Notes under the pieces: generated by a model
Database searches by the model: none
What the model was told of the DNA's origin: nothing
The model's input: only the letters and a program-made list of their open reading frames with translations
Shown here: in pieces, positions 1 through 12,667 of the stretch
How positions within the stretch are numbered: position 1 is the first letter of the stretch
Layout: every line of letters begins with the position of its first letter
From: Anolis carolinensis
Taxonomy: Eukaryota
Reading direction: 5' to 3'
Length of the DNA: 64,000 bases
Assembly: GCF_035594765.1 (NCBI RefSeq)
Contig: NC_085842.1
Location: forward strand, 22,544,782-22,608,781
Made by a program: the position numbers and the translations under genes

Positions 1-3000
1 GTATATTCATTCTACAGTGTAGATATAAACCCCGAGTTTTGCATTTGCCCAACCTGTGTAGGGGTGGTCCTATTCCAGGAGTCTATACATCAATTTTGAT
101 TCTCTGACACTCACAGCAGCTCGTGAAGACAAAATTGGTCATGGCTACAAGTCATCTTGATTTTTAAAATTTGTTTATTTTGTGCAAACATGTTTTATTT
201 GAAAGAAACCTGACATATTTGGAGAATGCCAGGAAGGCCGATTTTGGGGTGAATAAATTCCATTCCGGGGCCACAAAGAATGGTTGCAAGAAAACAATAG
301 CATACTTAGATCTAATCAAGCATCTATCATTTTCTCTTGGAAGTGAATTCCCCTACCTCTCATGGTGCATCTACACCAGGCATGGGCAAACTTTGGCCCT
401 CCAAGTGTTTTGGACTTTAACTCCCACAATTCCTAACAGCCAGGAGGCTGTTAGGAATTGTGGGAGTTGGAGTCCAAAACACCTGGAGGGCTAAAGTTTG
501 CCCATGCCCGATTTACACTGTCAAATTAATGCAGTTTGACAGCACTTTAACTGTGATGACTCAATGCTATGGAACCCTGGGATTTTGTAGTTTGAGGCAT
601 CAATCCTTTTTAGCAAAGAAGGTTAAGACCTGGTAAAATGACAATACTCGTGATTCCATAGCACTGAGCCATAGAAGTGAAAGTGTTGTCAATGCACTAA
701 TTTGACAGTGTGGATTTATACTGCATTTCACCCACTGAGAATTGAACAAACTGCAGCCAATCTATGTCTAAGCTGCTTTGAAATCAACTATAATAATCAT
801 CATCTATTTAACCCCACAAGTTACTAGTTTCCTGGCTTTATTCTTCATTTTATAAAGAATAGACTTTTCCCTGTGCCAAAACTTGGGGTATGAGATCTAT
901 ACAAGTTTTCTTTATAAGTGTATCTAGACATATTTTTGTCAGAGGTAAGCAAACACTGGTTTTCATTATAGATCCCATCTTCCATCGGTGCCAGCCAGCA
1001 TAACCTATGGTGAGGATTGCTGGGTTATGTAGTCCAACAACATCTGGAGGGCCATATATTATGGCCACAGAGAAAAAGGAGGGACAAATTTTGATGTTTT
1101 CATCCAAAGTCCAGATTCACACAAAAACAGCCAGCCAGAATTTTCTTCAATTCTGGACCTTCCTCTGTCTTTTCCGCCTCCTCCGTAACACAAAAACCCA
1201 GGACTGTGTATTGCAGTTTAATGGTGGAAAAGTAGGATAAATAAAAGGGAAGTACAATCAGCCCTCCCCATTTGCAGGTTTAGCTTTTGTAGTTTTGATT
1301 GTTTACAGATTTGGTTAATATGGTATCTTCAGGAATCTCTCTAGGTCCTCCAATGCATGCTTGCTGTAGCCCCTTTTAATTCCCACCTTGACAACAAGGA
1401 GAAATGGACTATATACTTTTATTTAAATAAATACATTGCAAGAGTTGGACTAGAGGACCTAGGATATTCCTAGACAGGTGTTCTCTCAAGTATAAAAAGA
1501 TGTTTTTATACAATTTTTACAACCTTCACATGGGTCCTGCATCTTTAACCTAGCAAATATAGAGAGCTGGCTGCATTCCTTCACCAGATGCATAGTTCAA
1601 CCATGGAATTCCCTGCCACATGTTGCCTACAAGACATAAGGATAACTGTATACTTGGACAATTTAGGCCACTTCTAGGCACCATCTACACTTCCATATAA
1701 AATCCAGATTATCTGCTTTGAACTGAATTATATGGCAGTGTAGACCTATATAATTTCAATAGGGTTCATTATTACTCATGGTTTTCTCTCTCCACAATAA
1801 TTTCCCTGCAGATACTAGGATTATATTCCAGTGTATTTGTTCATTTAGGTGCAATTCAAAATGAAAGCAACAGACTATAGCTTGGCATGAAGTGCAAATA
1901 TAGCCAGTGTGTGTTAAAAAAGCAACAAGCTAACATTTAAGCTTGACAGGGAAAATCACATGGCCTTCCAGATGTTCTTCAGACTGCAACTCTCAGCCTT
2001 TCTGAATGTTTGCTATACTGGCTAACATTCAGAAGGGCAAACTTTGCCCATTCATGGTTTAGGCAAGGAGAGGCATCTGGAGCGGTGGTTTACTCCTGAC
2101 CAGCGTATTTTAAAAAAGAAATTGACCCCACTTTCTCTCAGGTATCCTGCAGGGGCCACGATGGGAACTTCTGTCAAGGTTTGAGGATCTCCAGGCCATT
2201 TATGGTCCGGGACGCCCCCTTTTAAAGTTTCCGTCTTATTGAGATCTCATCATGAGGTTTTCTGAGGCTAAGAATGTGTGGTTTGCCCAAGTTCACTCAG
2301 TAGATGTCCATGGCTGAATGGGGATTCAAACCTTGTTCTCCAGAATTGTAACCCAATGCTCAAACCGCTATGCCATACTGGTGCCATCACTTCCTATTCA
2401 CATCCAATCTTTTAAAAAATGTTTTCTGCTGGTCCTAAAATAGCCCTGAATGAGTACAAAAGTGTGGCTAAAATGCACTCTTCCCAGTCTGCTAAAAAGT
2501 ATTTGGGTGCTATATTTGGAGGTTTCAGGATCAGTAGCACCAGATAAGTCCCAGAAAGAATATGAGTGTGTGTGCGTGTGTGTGCGTGTGTGTGTGCGCC
2601 ATTCCTTTTGGTCCACACAAATGGCCCTAGCAGGACAACATGCACTTCGTTCATCTCTAGTTTAGGGTAAGAAACTGAAAAGGACCTACACATTAAACCT
2701 TTATGAAAAACTGAAGTACCCAGAACAAAGAAAATAGTCCTTTGGCCAACTTAGGTAGCACCTGCTGGTTTCTTGAAATCACAAAATGAAACCAAAACTG
2801 GACTAGAAAGTTCTTGGTTGCATCTCGTAGGACAGCACTGCATTCAGTAGGGCTCACAGCAATGTAACTGCAACCATGGGGCAGTATGCCACTGGATATT
2901 ATATGCTGTTGCTTCAGGCCCACCTTGTGGGCTTCTCAGAGGTATCAAGGTATCCACTTTGGGAGCCAGGCCACAATTCAGAGCTACAGGTCATCCTTCA

Positions 3001-3165
3001 TAAGTGGAGGTTTTCAGGATCAGTAGCTCCAGATAAGTCCCAGAAAGAACTTGGCCTTGGTTCTGCACTGAGTGAGCTGTACTCTTAACTCTGCATAAAG
3101 CAGCTTCCTACATTTATCTGCTGAGTGCTAGTATCTACATTTTAGGGGGATTATAATCCAAGCAC

Positions 3166-4442
3166 TCATGTGGTTGTCTCTCGAGAATGGATCCTCTTAT
3201 GTCTCCTGAGGGATGCTTTGTGACCAAAGCTCTGCCCACAGTCCGAGCATTCGTACGGCTTTTCTCCTGTGTGCACCCTCCGGTGATTGACCAAGTTGGA
3301 GTTCGTGCTGAACTTCTGCCCACAATCCAAGCACTGGTAGGGCTTCTCCCCCGTGTGGACCCTCCTGTGGTTGACCAGGTTTGAGCTCGTACTAAAGCCT
3401 TTTCCACATTCAGTGCATTCAAAAGGTTTCTCTCCAGTGTGGGTTCGCTCATGAATGAGAAGTTTGGACCGGCTGATAAAACTCTTCCGGCAGTAAGTGC
3501 ATTTGTGGCTTTCTTCCCCAGCTTGAGCTTTCTTCCCCGTGTGCAGCCGCTCGTGTTTCCGAAGGTAAGAGCTGGAAATAAAGCTTTTCCCACATTCGGC
3601 ACATTCGTATGGCTTCTCTCCTGTGTGGGTCCGCCCATGGATGATCAAGTCCGCTTTCTGATTGAAGCTCTTACCGCACTCCAAACACTCATAGGGTTTT
3701 TCCCCTGTGTGCGTCCGGATGTGTATGACAAGCTGTGGCCGATGGACGAAGCTCTGCCCACACTCATTGCACTTGTATGGCTTCTCCCCTGTGTGGACCC
3801 GCTTGTGGGTGATGAGGTTGGAGCTGGAGGTGAAGCTCTTCCCACACATGGGACACTCGTAGGGCTTCTCGCCAGTGTGGGTCCTCTCATGGACAATTAG
3901 AGAGGCTTTGTCACTGAAACTCCGGCCACAGTCAGAGCATTTGTACGGCTTCTCCCCAGTATGGACTCTGGTGTGCTTCATGAGGTTGCAGTTGGTGCTG
4001 AAACATTTGCCGCACTCAGAGCACTTGTACGGCTTCTCGCCAGTGTGCGTCCTCTCATGGATAATCATGTGGGCGCTGTTGTTGGAAATCTTCCCACAAT
4101 AGGTGCAGGTGTACAGTTTTTGTGTCTTCTGGTTTCGTGGAAAGTCAAAGCTACGACGCAAGACAGTCCCCCAGTTGGAGCTGGCCCTCTTCCGCTTGGC
4201 TTTGTGGTTTCCCTCTGAAAAGGGGCTCCCTTCCAAACGCTTCTGATGAATCAAAGCCTGGATCTCCGTCTGGCTCTCCCGGTGGATTTCTTGGCCCCGC
4301 TCATTCCCGGGAGTCTCTTCCAACCCACAAACTTGGAAGAATTTCCCATTGAGTCTTGCCAGTGACAGTCCACTGATCCCAATATCAGCGTGTCTTTCAA
4401 AAGGAAAACTCTCCTCCCCATTCTCGTATCCTTGGCAGTTGC
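3166..4442 (-). CDS. Gene A last exon: 11 C2H2 zinc fingers
   Basis: TTCCAACAG|GC phase-1 acceptor; 11 CxxC-x12-HxxxH units with TGEKP linkers, plus one extended linker between fingers 7 and 8. Confidence 0.95.
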
Positions 4443-4624
4443 CTGTTGGAAGAATTAATTCATATGTTTTTATCCATCTATTTAAAGCATTTTCATTCAT
4501 TATTCTTCACTTTGGAAGTGATAAACAATATTGCAAATAAATATAATTCATACAGATGTGTGGAACTGATTCTCTCCAGAAATTTCTAGGTTCATGGATT
4601 TAATTAAAAATGTTCCCTCTAGAA

Positions 4625-5258
4625 CAGTGGTTCCCAACCATTTTTTGACCAGGGACCACTTGATCAGGGACAACTTTGACCAGGGACCACTCTCCAACAT
4701 TAGTACCAAAAGTGTTATGAATCAGTTTTTGATCAACTTTAGATTCGGTTTGGTTATTTGGGGTGTTGATTGAGAAAATTGCATTGGATAGTCCACATCA
4801 GCTCTAGTTTCTGATACAGATACAGAATATTCCATTCAGTAGTCACCATCTGCTCACCCACAGAAAACTATATTTAATAATCTAGAGCTGATGTGGTCTA
4901 TTCAATTTTCTCAATCAGCACCCCAAATAACCCCAGGAAGAGGCCTAAAAACAAAGACACTAAGACAAAATTTATTTTGGATGGGTTGTATTATTATCCG
5001 TAGATTTTGTTAATGCTGATGTAAAAAAAAAAGAAAGGGAGGGGACTGAGATTGAAAAAAATACAAAACGCGGAGTGTGAGACCCAAGAAATTGTCCCTA
5101 ATAATTTTCTCTCACCTCTTTATCACGAACGCATAGTCACAAGGAAGGGGACGTGGTCCATGGGGCATTACAACCGTGTAGTAACGGTGAGGCTGCGGAC
5201 CATATTTTAGTTCTTGCGGACCACTGGTGTTCTGCAGGACACAGGTTGGGAACCACTG
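4625..5258. mobile_element. hAT (Charlie-like) non-autonomous element
   Basis: TIR CAGTGGTTCCCAACC; 8-bp target duplication CTCTAGAA on both sides. Confidence 0.88.
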
Positions 5259-5525
5259 CTCTAGAAATCCAGTGATACTCAATTGCAAACATTCTCCAGT
5301 AATGCTGGAGGACCTGGAGATTTCTACAGAGAACACTTTTCTAGATCATCCAGTGTGGTTCTTTGTTCAGCTTTCAGTGGAAATTGACCGTCGAGTCGAG
5401 CCAGAAAACTTAGAAATTCCTAAAGAGGAGTTTTTTCTCAGGTTATCTGTGGTTTCTCACTTTCAGGACGATTTTGTCCAACTAATCTCAGCAAATGTGA
5501 AAGGCTTATTGTACCTAAACTGTTA

Positions 5526-5948
5526 CCGTGTTTCCCCGAAAATAAGACAGTGTCTTATATTAATTTTTGCTCCCAAAGATGCTCTAGGTCTTATTTTCAG
5601 GGGATGTCTTATTTTTCCATGAAGAAGAATTCACATTTATTGTTGAACCAAAAAAAAAATGAACATTTATTATATACTGTACAGTAGTTGTCATCACAAA
5701 CCAGCATAACCAGACAAACTGTGAATCCTATCAAGAATTTCTTGTTACTACCATTATTTCCATGTACAACACTCTATGATACGTACATTTACCGATCCTG
5801 CATGTTCTGGTGTTCTGTTTGGTGGGCATGCTTCCAAACAAAACCTTTGCTAGGTCTTACTTTTGGGGGAGGCCTTATATTTAGCAATTCAGCAAAACTT
5901 CTACTAGGTCTTATTTTCTGGGGATGTCTTATTTTAGGGGAAACAGGG
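5526..5948. mobile_element. Tc/mariner (Tc2/pogo-like) MITE; copies at 25828-26242, 26453-27108 and 30551-30974
   Basis: TIR CC(G/C)TGTTTCCCC(G/T)AAAATAAGAC with TA duplication on both sides in all four copies. Confidence 0.85.
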
Positions 5949-6804
5949 TAAAAACATTGTGTTTTTCTCTGTATCCATAGATCTTATGGTGACATGCAAT
6001 TTGAAATATAAAATTAATTATTATTTGAAGGAATGCCATGTTGAAGATGGAGCCCGTTTCTTTTCAGCTGCTCCAGAGACTGAAACATGAATCAATGGAT
6101 TCGAATTGCAAGAAAAAAAGATTCTACCTAAACATCAGAACAGACTTCCTGACAATGAAGTATTTAACAGGCTGACCCAGAATGTGGTTCTCCTTCTTTG
6201 GAGTTCTTTATGTAAAGGATAGATGAAAACCTCATAAGAGCACTTTGACAGTGTGCCTGTATGGCAGACTATGGGCTAGGTGGCCCTTGAAGTCCTGATC
6301 TTTCATTTGGGCTGAACCTAGTTTGTCCTATTGAGTGGTCATCTTTATTTTTTATTGTTGTAGCAACGGCCAGGACCTCCAGGTAGCTTCTGGCCATCAC
6401 TGGCTTCCTTTGCCAATCTCAGCAAAGGTGCCTGAACTTTTAGGAGCTTCATGGCTTTAGTGTTTAAGGGAAGCTCCAGAGCATTTGTCGACTTTACCAA
6501 ACACGAGACAAACCCCTGTTAACCAGTTTTATAGATTTCACGTGGCCCATGTAGATGAGTCCTCAATTGATAACTCAGTTGATTTTGAACTAGTTAGTTT
6601 CTTTTTTTTGCTCTTCTAGCCCTACCTAGAAATGTTGGTGATTGGATCTGGGACTTCTAGAATGCAAAGCTTTCTTTTCTGTTCCTCGGTGGCATTTCTT
6701 TCAGGAGTCTCATCTTTGATACAAGAATTTCAGACAGGAGAAGGAAAGAGGTTATTCACAGTTCCCAGTCTTCCCAGGAATTGATCCATCTATCTGTCTC
6801 TTAC

Positions 6805-6931
6805 CCAGAAAGCTGGTTTCCCCATCGCTGTCTTCCTCAGCATCTGCCGACATCGGGATATTCATTTCCTGTGATGGATTTTGCTCCGATTTGGGGGAAT
6901 TTGTAGCCAAGCCTACCATAGGCCGTGCAAC
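6805..6931 (-). CDS. Gene A exon 2: 127-nt degenerate KRAB-A-like exon
   Basis: CTCTGTCAG|GTT acceptor and CTGG|GTAAGA donor. Phase 0 to 1, 127 nt, keeps the frame between the SCAN and finger exons. Confidence 0.8.
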
Positions 6932-7932
6932 CTGACAGAGAAATATGGATAGAGCACAGGACACAAGGGAAAAAACTGAATAGTAGAAATGTTCAATTAA
7001 AATCCAGAAGTAACATTGATCCTGTATGGCACAGCATAATCTAATAGTTATGCAGGCAGTGATATACTGTGATATACTGTGCATTTGTGATTTTGACATT
7101 TGTGGATCTGATTATTCATGGGTTTGATTAAAATGTTTACTCTAGGAATCTCTTTGTCCTGCAGTCTGTGGTTGATTTTTTTCCAGTCATGCTGGAGGAC
7201 CTAGAGATTTCTGGAGAGGACCGTTTTCTATTAACCTTCAGGTCTTCCAGTACCATTCTATGGTCAGCTTCCAGCAGAAGTCAACCACAGAACCATGCTG
7301 TAAAACCTAGAAATTTTTAGAAAGATGATATTTGGAGGGGGGAATCACAATTTGTTTATTCACAATGTTTTCCACTTTCACATGGGCCCTATGCCCTAAA
7401 TCTAATAAACATGGAAGGCTGACTGTATACTAAGACTAAGACTGGCTACCAGTATTAAAAAAACTCTAAAATCAAAACAGTAGATGGGAACCAACACTCT
7501 GAGGGCAGGACAGCTAATGACTGAACAAAGGATGCCCCCAGGCAAAAGACAAAACCTTTCCAATGCTAATTAGGGTGATTAACTGAAACATTAATGCTGG
7601 CTTCCCAGTGACAAAGGACTTTTGCCACACCCTGGACTCTACACAGATATATATTCTTTCCTTTCCTTACTTAGTTTATCCATACCTCACAACCTGTGAG
7701 GATGCCTGCCATAGATGTGGGCGAAACGTCAGGAGAGAATACTTCTGGAACATGGCCACACAGCCTGAAAGACATACAACAACCCTACTAAGACCTTCAT
7801 AACCACAGAACCCATATTCCCTGTTTCTATGATATAACTTCCTCTGAAAGTCACTATAGCTGTTGGGTTGCTGTGAGTTTTCCGGGCTGTATAGCCATTT
7901 CTATTCCTGCCATTAGACAGTGAGAACTTTAC

Positions 7933-8649
7933 CTTTCTTTGCAACCCTTCAGCCTCTTGCAGGCGCAGCAAGAAATCCTCCGCCAGGGCCACGGCCTGGG
8001 TGCAGGTATCCGGCCCGCAGTCTTTGACCCAGTTCTGCATTTCCTCTGGAAGGATAATCAAGAACTGCTCCAGGATCAACAGGTCCAAAATCTCCTCCTT
8101 GGAGCGGCTCTCCGGTTTCAGCCACTGATGGCAAAGGGTTTGGAGCTTGAGGTAGACTTCTCGCGGCCCCTCGGCCTCTTGGTAGTAGAACTGGCGGAAA
8201 TGCCTTCGGTCCATTTCAACACTGGCCACATCGTCCTCATCTAGAATCTCCTCTTTCACCTTCACAGAGGAAATAGGATCTCCACAACCTTCGCTAAGGT
8301 CTACTGGAGATCTCTGGTCCACCCGCTCATTTCTAGGCCACTGACCGATACCAGTAGCTTTCTTGGAACGTGCTTGAGGTTCATTGGCTCCATCTCCAGA
8401 CTGGGGAAGACTGGGAAGAGGTGGACTTCTACATCCTGAACGAGACGGCTTCACAGTTGTTAAGAAGTCCTGCCAGTGGGCATTCCAGCCCTGTGGCAGG
8501 CCGTCCTTTGGCTCCTGCTTAATTTGACGGGAATCTGACCCTATCAAAAATTCTTGGATGGTTGTAGCTCGGACTGTGTTGGAGTTTTTTCTACCAGGCA
8601 CCGACTGTTCCATCTCAGCAGGCTGGGTTTCTCCCTCTCGCTTCTCCAT
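7933..8649 (-). CDS. Gene A coding exon 1: N-terminal region + SCAN domain (ZSCAN-type zinc finger gene, ~706 aa over 3 exons)
   Basis: SCAN motif [61 protein letters not shown]. Acceptor TTTCAG| before 8690, ATG at 8649, donor AAG|GTAAAG after 7933 (phase 0). Confidence 0.9.
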
Positions 8650-8945
8650 TCCTGTCCCTGTTTGCTGGAAGGAAGGTGGACATCCATTAGCTGAAAGTGA
8701 AACACTTGTGGTATCCAAACATATACAATTGGGAGGCACCAGCAAGATCCTGGTATTGGATGCAGAATGTATACCTCTCTGCGTGTGCTATTTTTCCATT
8801 ATTTTATGCAGACATTTGTATGTAAGTTTGAGTGGGTGGGTGTGAATGTCTGAGTGTTTGCATGTCTGTGTGTGTGTATGCTTTTCCCCTATGGTATTGT
8901 ATGCAGAAATTAATATGTCTGTGTGTCTGTGTATGTATATATGTA

Positions 8946-8990
<45 letters not shown>

Positions 8991-9134
8991 CCCCTCCGCA
9001 GGTGCCACCTTGACGTGGTGGGGGGGCTTACCTGCTCCAATGATGACTGAGGGCTGTGCTGGCGGTAGTGTAACTACCGGCAGGTCCAACCAAGCCAGAG
9101 AGGCCTCAGCTGAGGAGCAGAACTAAGAGCACCT
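8991..9134 (+). ncRNA. Putative HDV-like self-cleaving ribozyme at the 5' end of the R4/Dong element
   Basis: P1 CCCCTCC/GGGGGGG, P2 AGGTGCC/G(A)GCACCT, P3 ACC/GGT, L3 TTGACGT, P4 CTGCTCC/GGAGCAG, J4/2 CTAA. P1 starts exactly at the element boundary. Confidence 0.7.
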
Positions 9135-9148
9135 AACCCATTAGCATT

Positions 9149-12100
9149 ATGGAGAATCAAACCCAAACGAAGTCTATACTGGCTCGGTCGTCGCCCAGGA
9201 TAAAAAGGACCGCGGTGGATGCTGCTGATTCTGGACATCCATCGACAAGTGGGCTACGGAATCATCAAAACTCAAATGAACAGTCACAGAAGCGGCAGAA
9301 ATACACAATGCCAGAAAACCGCACAATTATGAAATGCTACTACAAATCTGAACCTCAAAGGCGTGGCTACCAAAAAAGGATGCATCAACTGTGGAAACAA
9401 GAGTATCCTGACTCACAGATAACAGAACCCCGACTGGCTGACCAACGAAGATTCATAATCAGAAACAAAGTGTTCAGTGAAGTTGAACTTGAAGAAATCC
9501 AGAAAATTTGCAAAGTAAATTACCATCAGACCACAGCACAGACAGCAGCAGAGACTCCAGCAACACTTGGAATGGTGGAACAGATTGAACCAGAAGAATG
9601 TGTGGAGCTTTTGCAAGAATTTGATGAACCAGCACTTGAAACATCTGCTGAACCACCAGGAACCTTGACAGCAAGACAACAAGAGCTCAAGGATAAGATC
9701 ATGGCTCATGCTGCAGCAAATGCAATAAGACAGCGGCTCCCAACTCTAAAAACAGTGCCCAAGAGACACCTGGCGCCTCTCATGAAAGATGTGAATGCAG
9801 TACTCTCCACTGTCCAAATAACATCAATTGAACAAACAAACCAGTATGCCTATAGTGCAGCAGTGATAGTAACAGAAGAGCTTGGGCTCCTACAACCAAG
9901 GCAGCCCCAAAGAAAATCGACTGGAAAACCAAAGTGGAAGGTCAGGCTGGAGTTGAAAATCAAAAAGCTTAGATCAGATGCAAGTAACCTGAAAAATATG
10001 AAAGAGAAGAAACTGAAGAATGACAAAATCAAGCAATACCTGATCCGAAAGTACTGGCTGAACACCAGAAAAATTGAAGAAGCTTTGGAGATCGTGAAAG
10101 AACAAATTACAGCAACAGCCAGAAAAATTGAAAGGTATGAAGCCAGAATCATCCAGTACAGACAAAATCAACTGTTTCAATCAGACCAAAGACGGTTCTA
10201 CCAGAGTCTGAACCAAACAACAGACACAGTAACCATAAAACCAGAGAAAACTGCAACAACGAAGTTCTGGAAAGAACTTTGGGAAAACAATAAAAACTAC
10301 AACAAAAACGCTGGGTGGATAAAGGAGTTTGAAGGAAAATTCTCACAGAACAAAATGGAACTGATGGAAATAACAACTGAAATGATCAGCAAACGAGTGC
10401 AAAAAGTCAAGAACTGGACATCACCTGGTAGTGATCAACTTCATGGATTTTGGCTCAAACATCTGATTAGTTTACATGGAAAAATGGCCCAACAATTCAA
10501 TGAGATGCTGCAGAAAGGAAGTATCAGTGAATGGCTAACAACTGGAAGAACATACCTGATACAAAAGGATCCAACAAAAGGAGCAGCACCAGGAAACTAC
10601 AGGCCAATAACGTGTCTGCCCACTATGTTTAAACTACTGACTGGCATCATAGCTGACAGAATTCAAGACTATTTTGAAGAAAATAACATCTTGCCAGATG
10701 AACAGAAAGGCAACAAACGGAAAAGCAGGGGCACAAAAGACCAGTTATTGATTGACAAAATGATCCTGGAGAACTGTAAGAGCCGAAAAGCTAATCTTCA
10801 CATGACGTGGATTGACTACAAAAAGGCCTTTGACTCACTCCCACACAGCTGGATCATCAAGTGCCTGGACGCCATCGGGATTTGTAAAAACGTTGGCACC
10901 TTCATTGAAAACATGATGGAGCACTGGAAAACTGAACTGTTTGTTGGAAATGAAAGCTATGGACTTGTCAACATCAGAAGAGGAATTTTCCAGGGAGATT
11001 CATTGTCCCCTCTGCTTTTCATTATTGCCATGATCCCTCTGTCAACAATCTTACAAAAAACAAATCTCGGCTACCAAACATCTAAGAATTCTCACAAAAT
11101 TTCACATTTGATGTACATGGATGACCTGAAGCTATATGGGAAAACAGAAACTGAAATTCAGTCTCTGACCAACACTGTCCGAATTTTTAGCACTGATATC
11201 AACATGGAGTTTGGTTTGGACAAATGTTCGACAGTGGCATTGAAGAAGGGAAAAATCATTGAAAGTGAGGGCATAAATATGCCCAATGGCCAAACAATAA
11301 AGTGTCACCAGCCAGAGGCCTATAAATATCTGGGCATACTACAGCTGGACAACATCAAGCATGAACATGTGAAAACTGTGGTCAGCAAAGAATACACACA
11401 AAGGGTCAGAAAAATTCTCAAAAGCAAGCTCAATGGAGGCAACACCATCAAGGCCATAAACACCTGGGCCATACCTGTCATAAGATATACTGCTGGCATC
11501 ATAAACTGGACACAGATGGAACTGGACAATTTGGACAGAAAAACAAGAAAACTCATGACCATTCATCATTCACTGCACCCTCGCAGTGATGTTGACCGGC
11601 TATATCTGCCTAGAAGATCGGGGGCAGAGGACTCCTACAAGTAAAACAAGCAGTCAAAGAAGAAGAACATGCCCTGGCAGAATATGTAAAGCAAAGTGAA
11701 GAACCTGCTTTGATTGAAGTCAAAAATCAGAAACTCCTCAAAGCACAGCAGACAAAAAACCAGTACAAGAAAACCACACTACAAACTAGAGCTGACAACT
11801 GGCACAACAAAACATTGCATGGAAAGTTCCTTGACAAAATTGAAGGAAAAGCTGATAAGGAGAAGACCTGGCTCTGGCTCACAAATGGGACCCTGAAGAA
11901 GGAGACAGAAGGCCTGATCCTTGCAGCCCAGGAGCAAGCCATCAGGACAAATGCAATTAAGGCCAAGATCGAAAAATCAGCTGATGACCCAAAATGCAGA
12001 CTGTGCAAGGAAACAGATGAAACCATTGATCATATCCTCAGCTGCTGTAAAAAAATTGCACAGACAGACTACAAACAGAGGCACAACTATGTGGCCCAAA

Positions 12101-12561
12101 TGATTCATTGGAACTTATGCCTCAAGTACCACCTGCCAGCAGCAAAGAACTGGTGGGATCACAAACCTGCAAAAGTATTGGAAAATGAGCACGCAAAGAT
12201 ACTGTGGGACTTCCGAATCCAGACTGACAAAGTTCTGGAACACAACACACCAGACATCACAGTTGTGGAAAAGAACAAGGTTTGGATCATTGATGTTGCC
12301 ATCCCAGGTGACAGTCGCATTGACGAAAAACAACAGGAAAAACTCAGCCGCTATCAGGACCTCAAGATTGAACTTCAAAGACTCTGGCAGAAACCAGTGC
12401 AGGTGGTCCCGGTGGTGATGGGCACACTGGGTGCCGTGCCAAAAGATCTCAGCCGGCATTTGGAAACAATAGACATTGACAAAATTACGATCTGCCAACT
12501 GCAAAAAGCCACCCTGCTGGGATCTGCACGCATCATCCGAAAATACATCACACAGTCCTAG
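9149..12561 (+). pseudogene. R4/Dong polyprotein (RT + CCHC + RLE) with a 1-nt frameshift near 11620
   Basis: Motifs QGDSLSPLLF, YMDDL, YLGI, CRLC..E...HILSCC, RHN and PDI...IIDV. This copy reads AGATCGGGGGC where the copy at 60206 reads AGATCAGGGGGC, which is in frame. Confidence 0.9.
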
Positions 12562-12667
12562 ACACTTGGGAAGTGTTCGACTTGTGATTTTGTGAAACGA
12601 AACCCAGCATATCTATCTTGTTTGCTGTGTCATACAACGTCGTTGTGTCAATAATAATAATAATAAT

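Noticed and set aside
11600-11720. Programmed frameshift or two-ORF organisation in the R4/Dong element
   Set aside because: The sister copy has the extra base and reads through, so this is a mutation or sequencing error.
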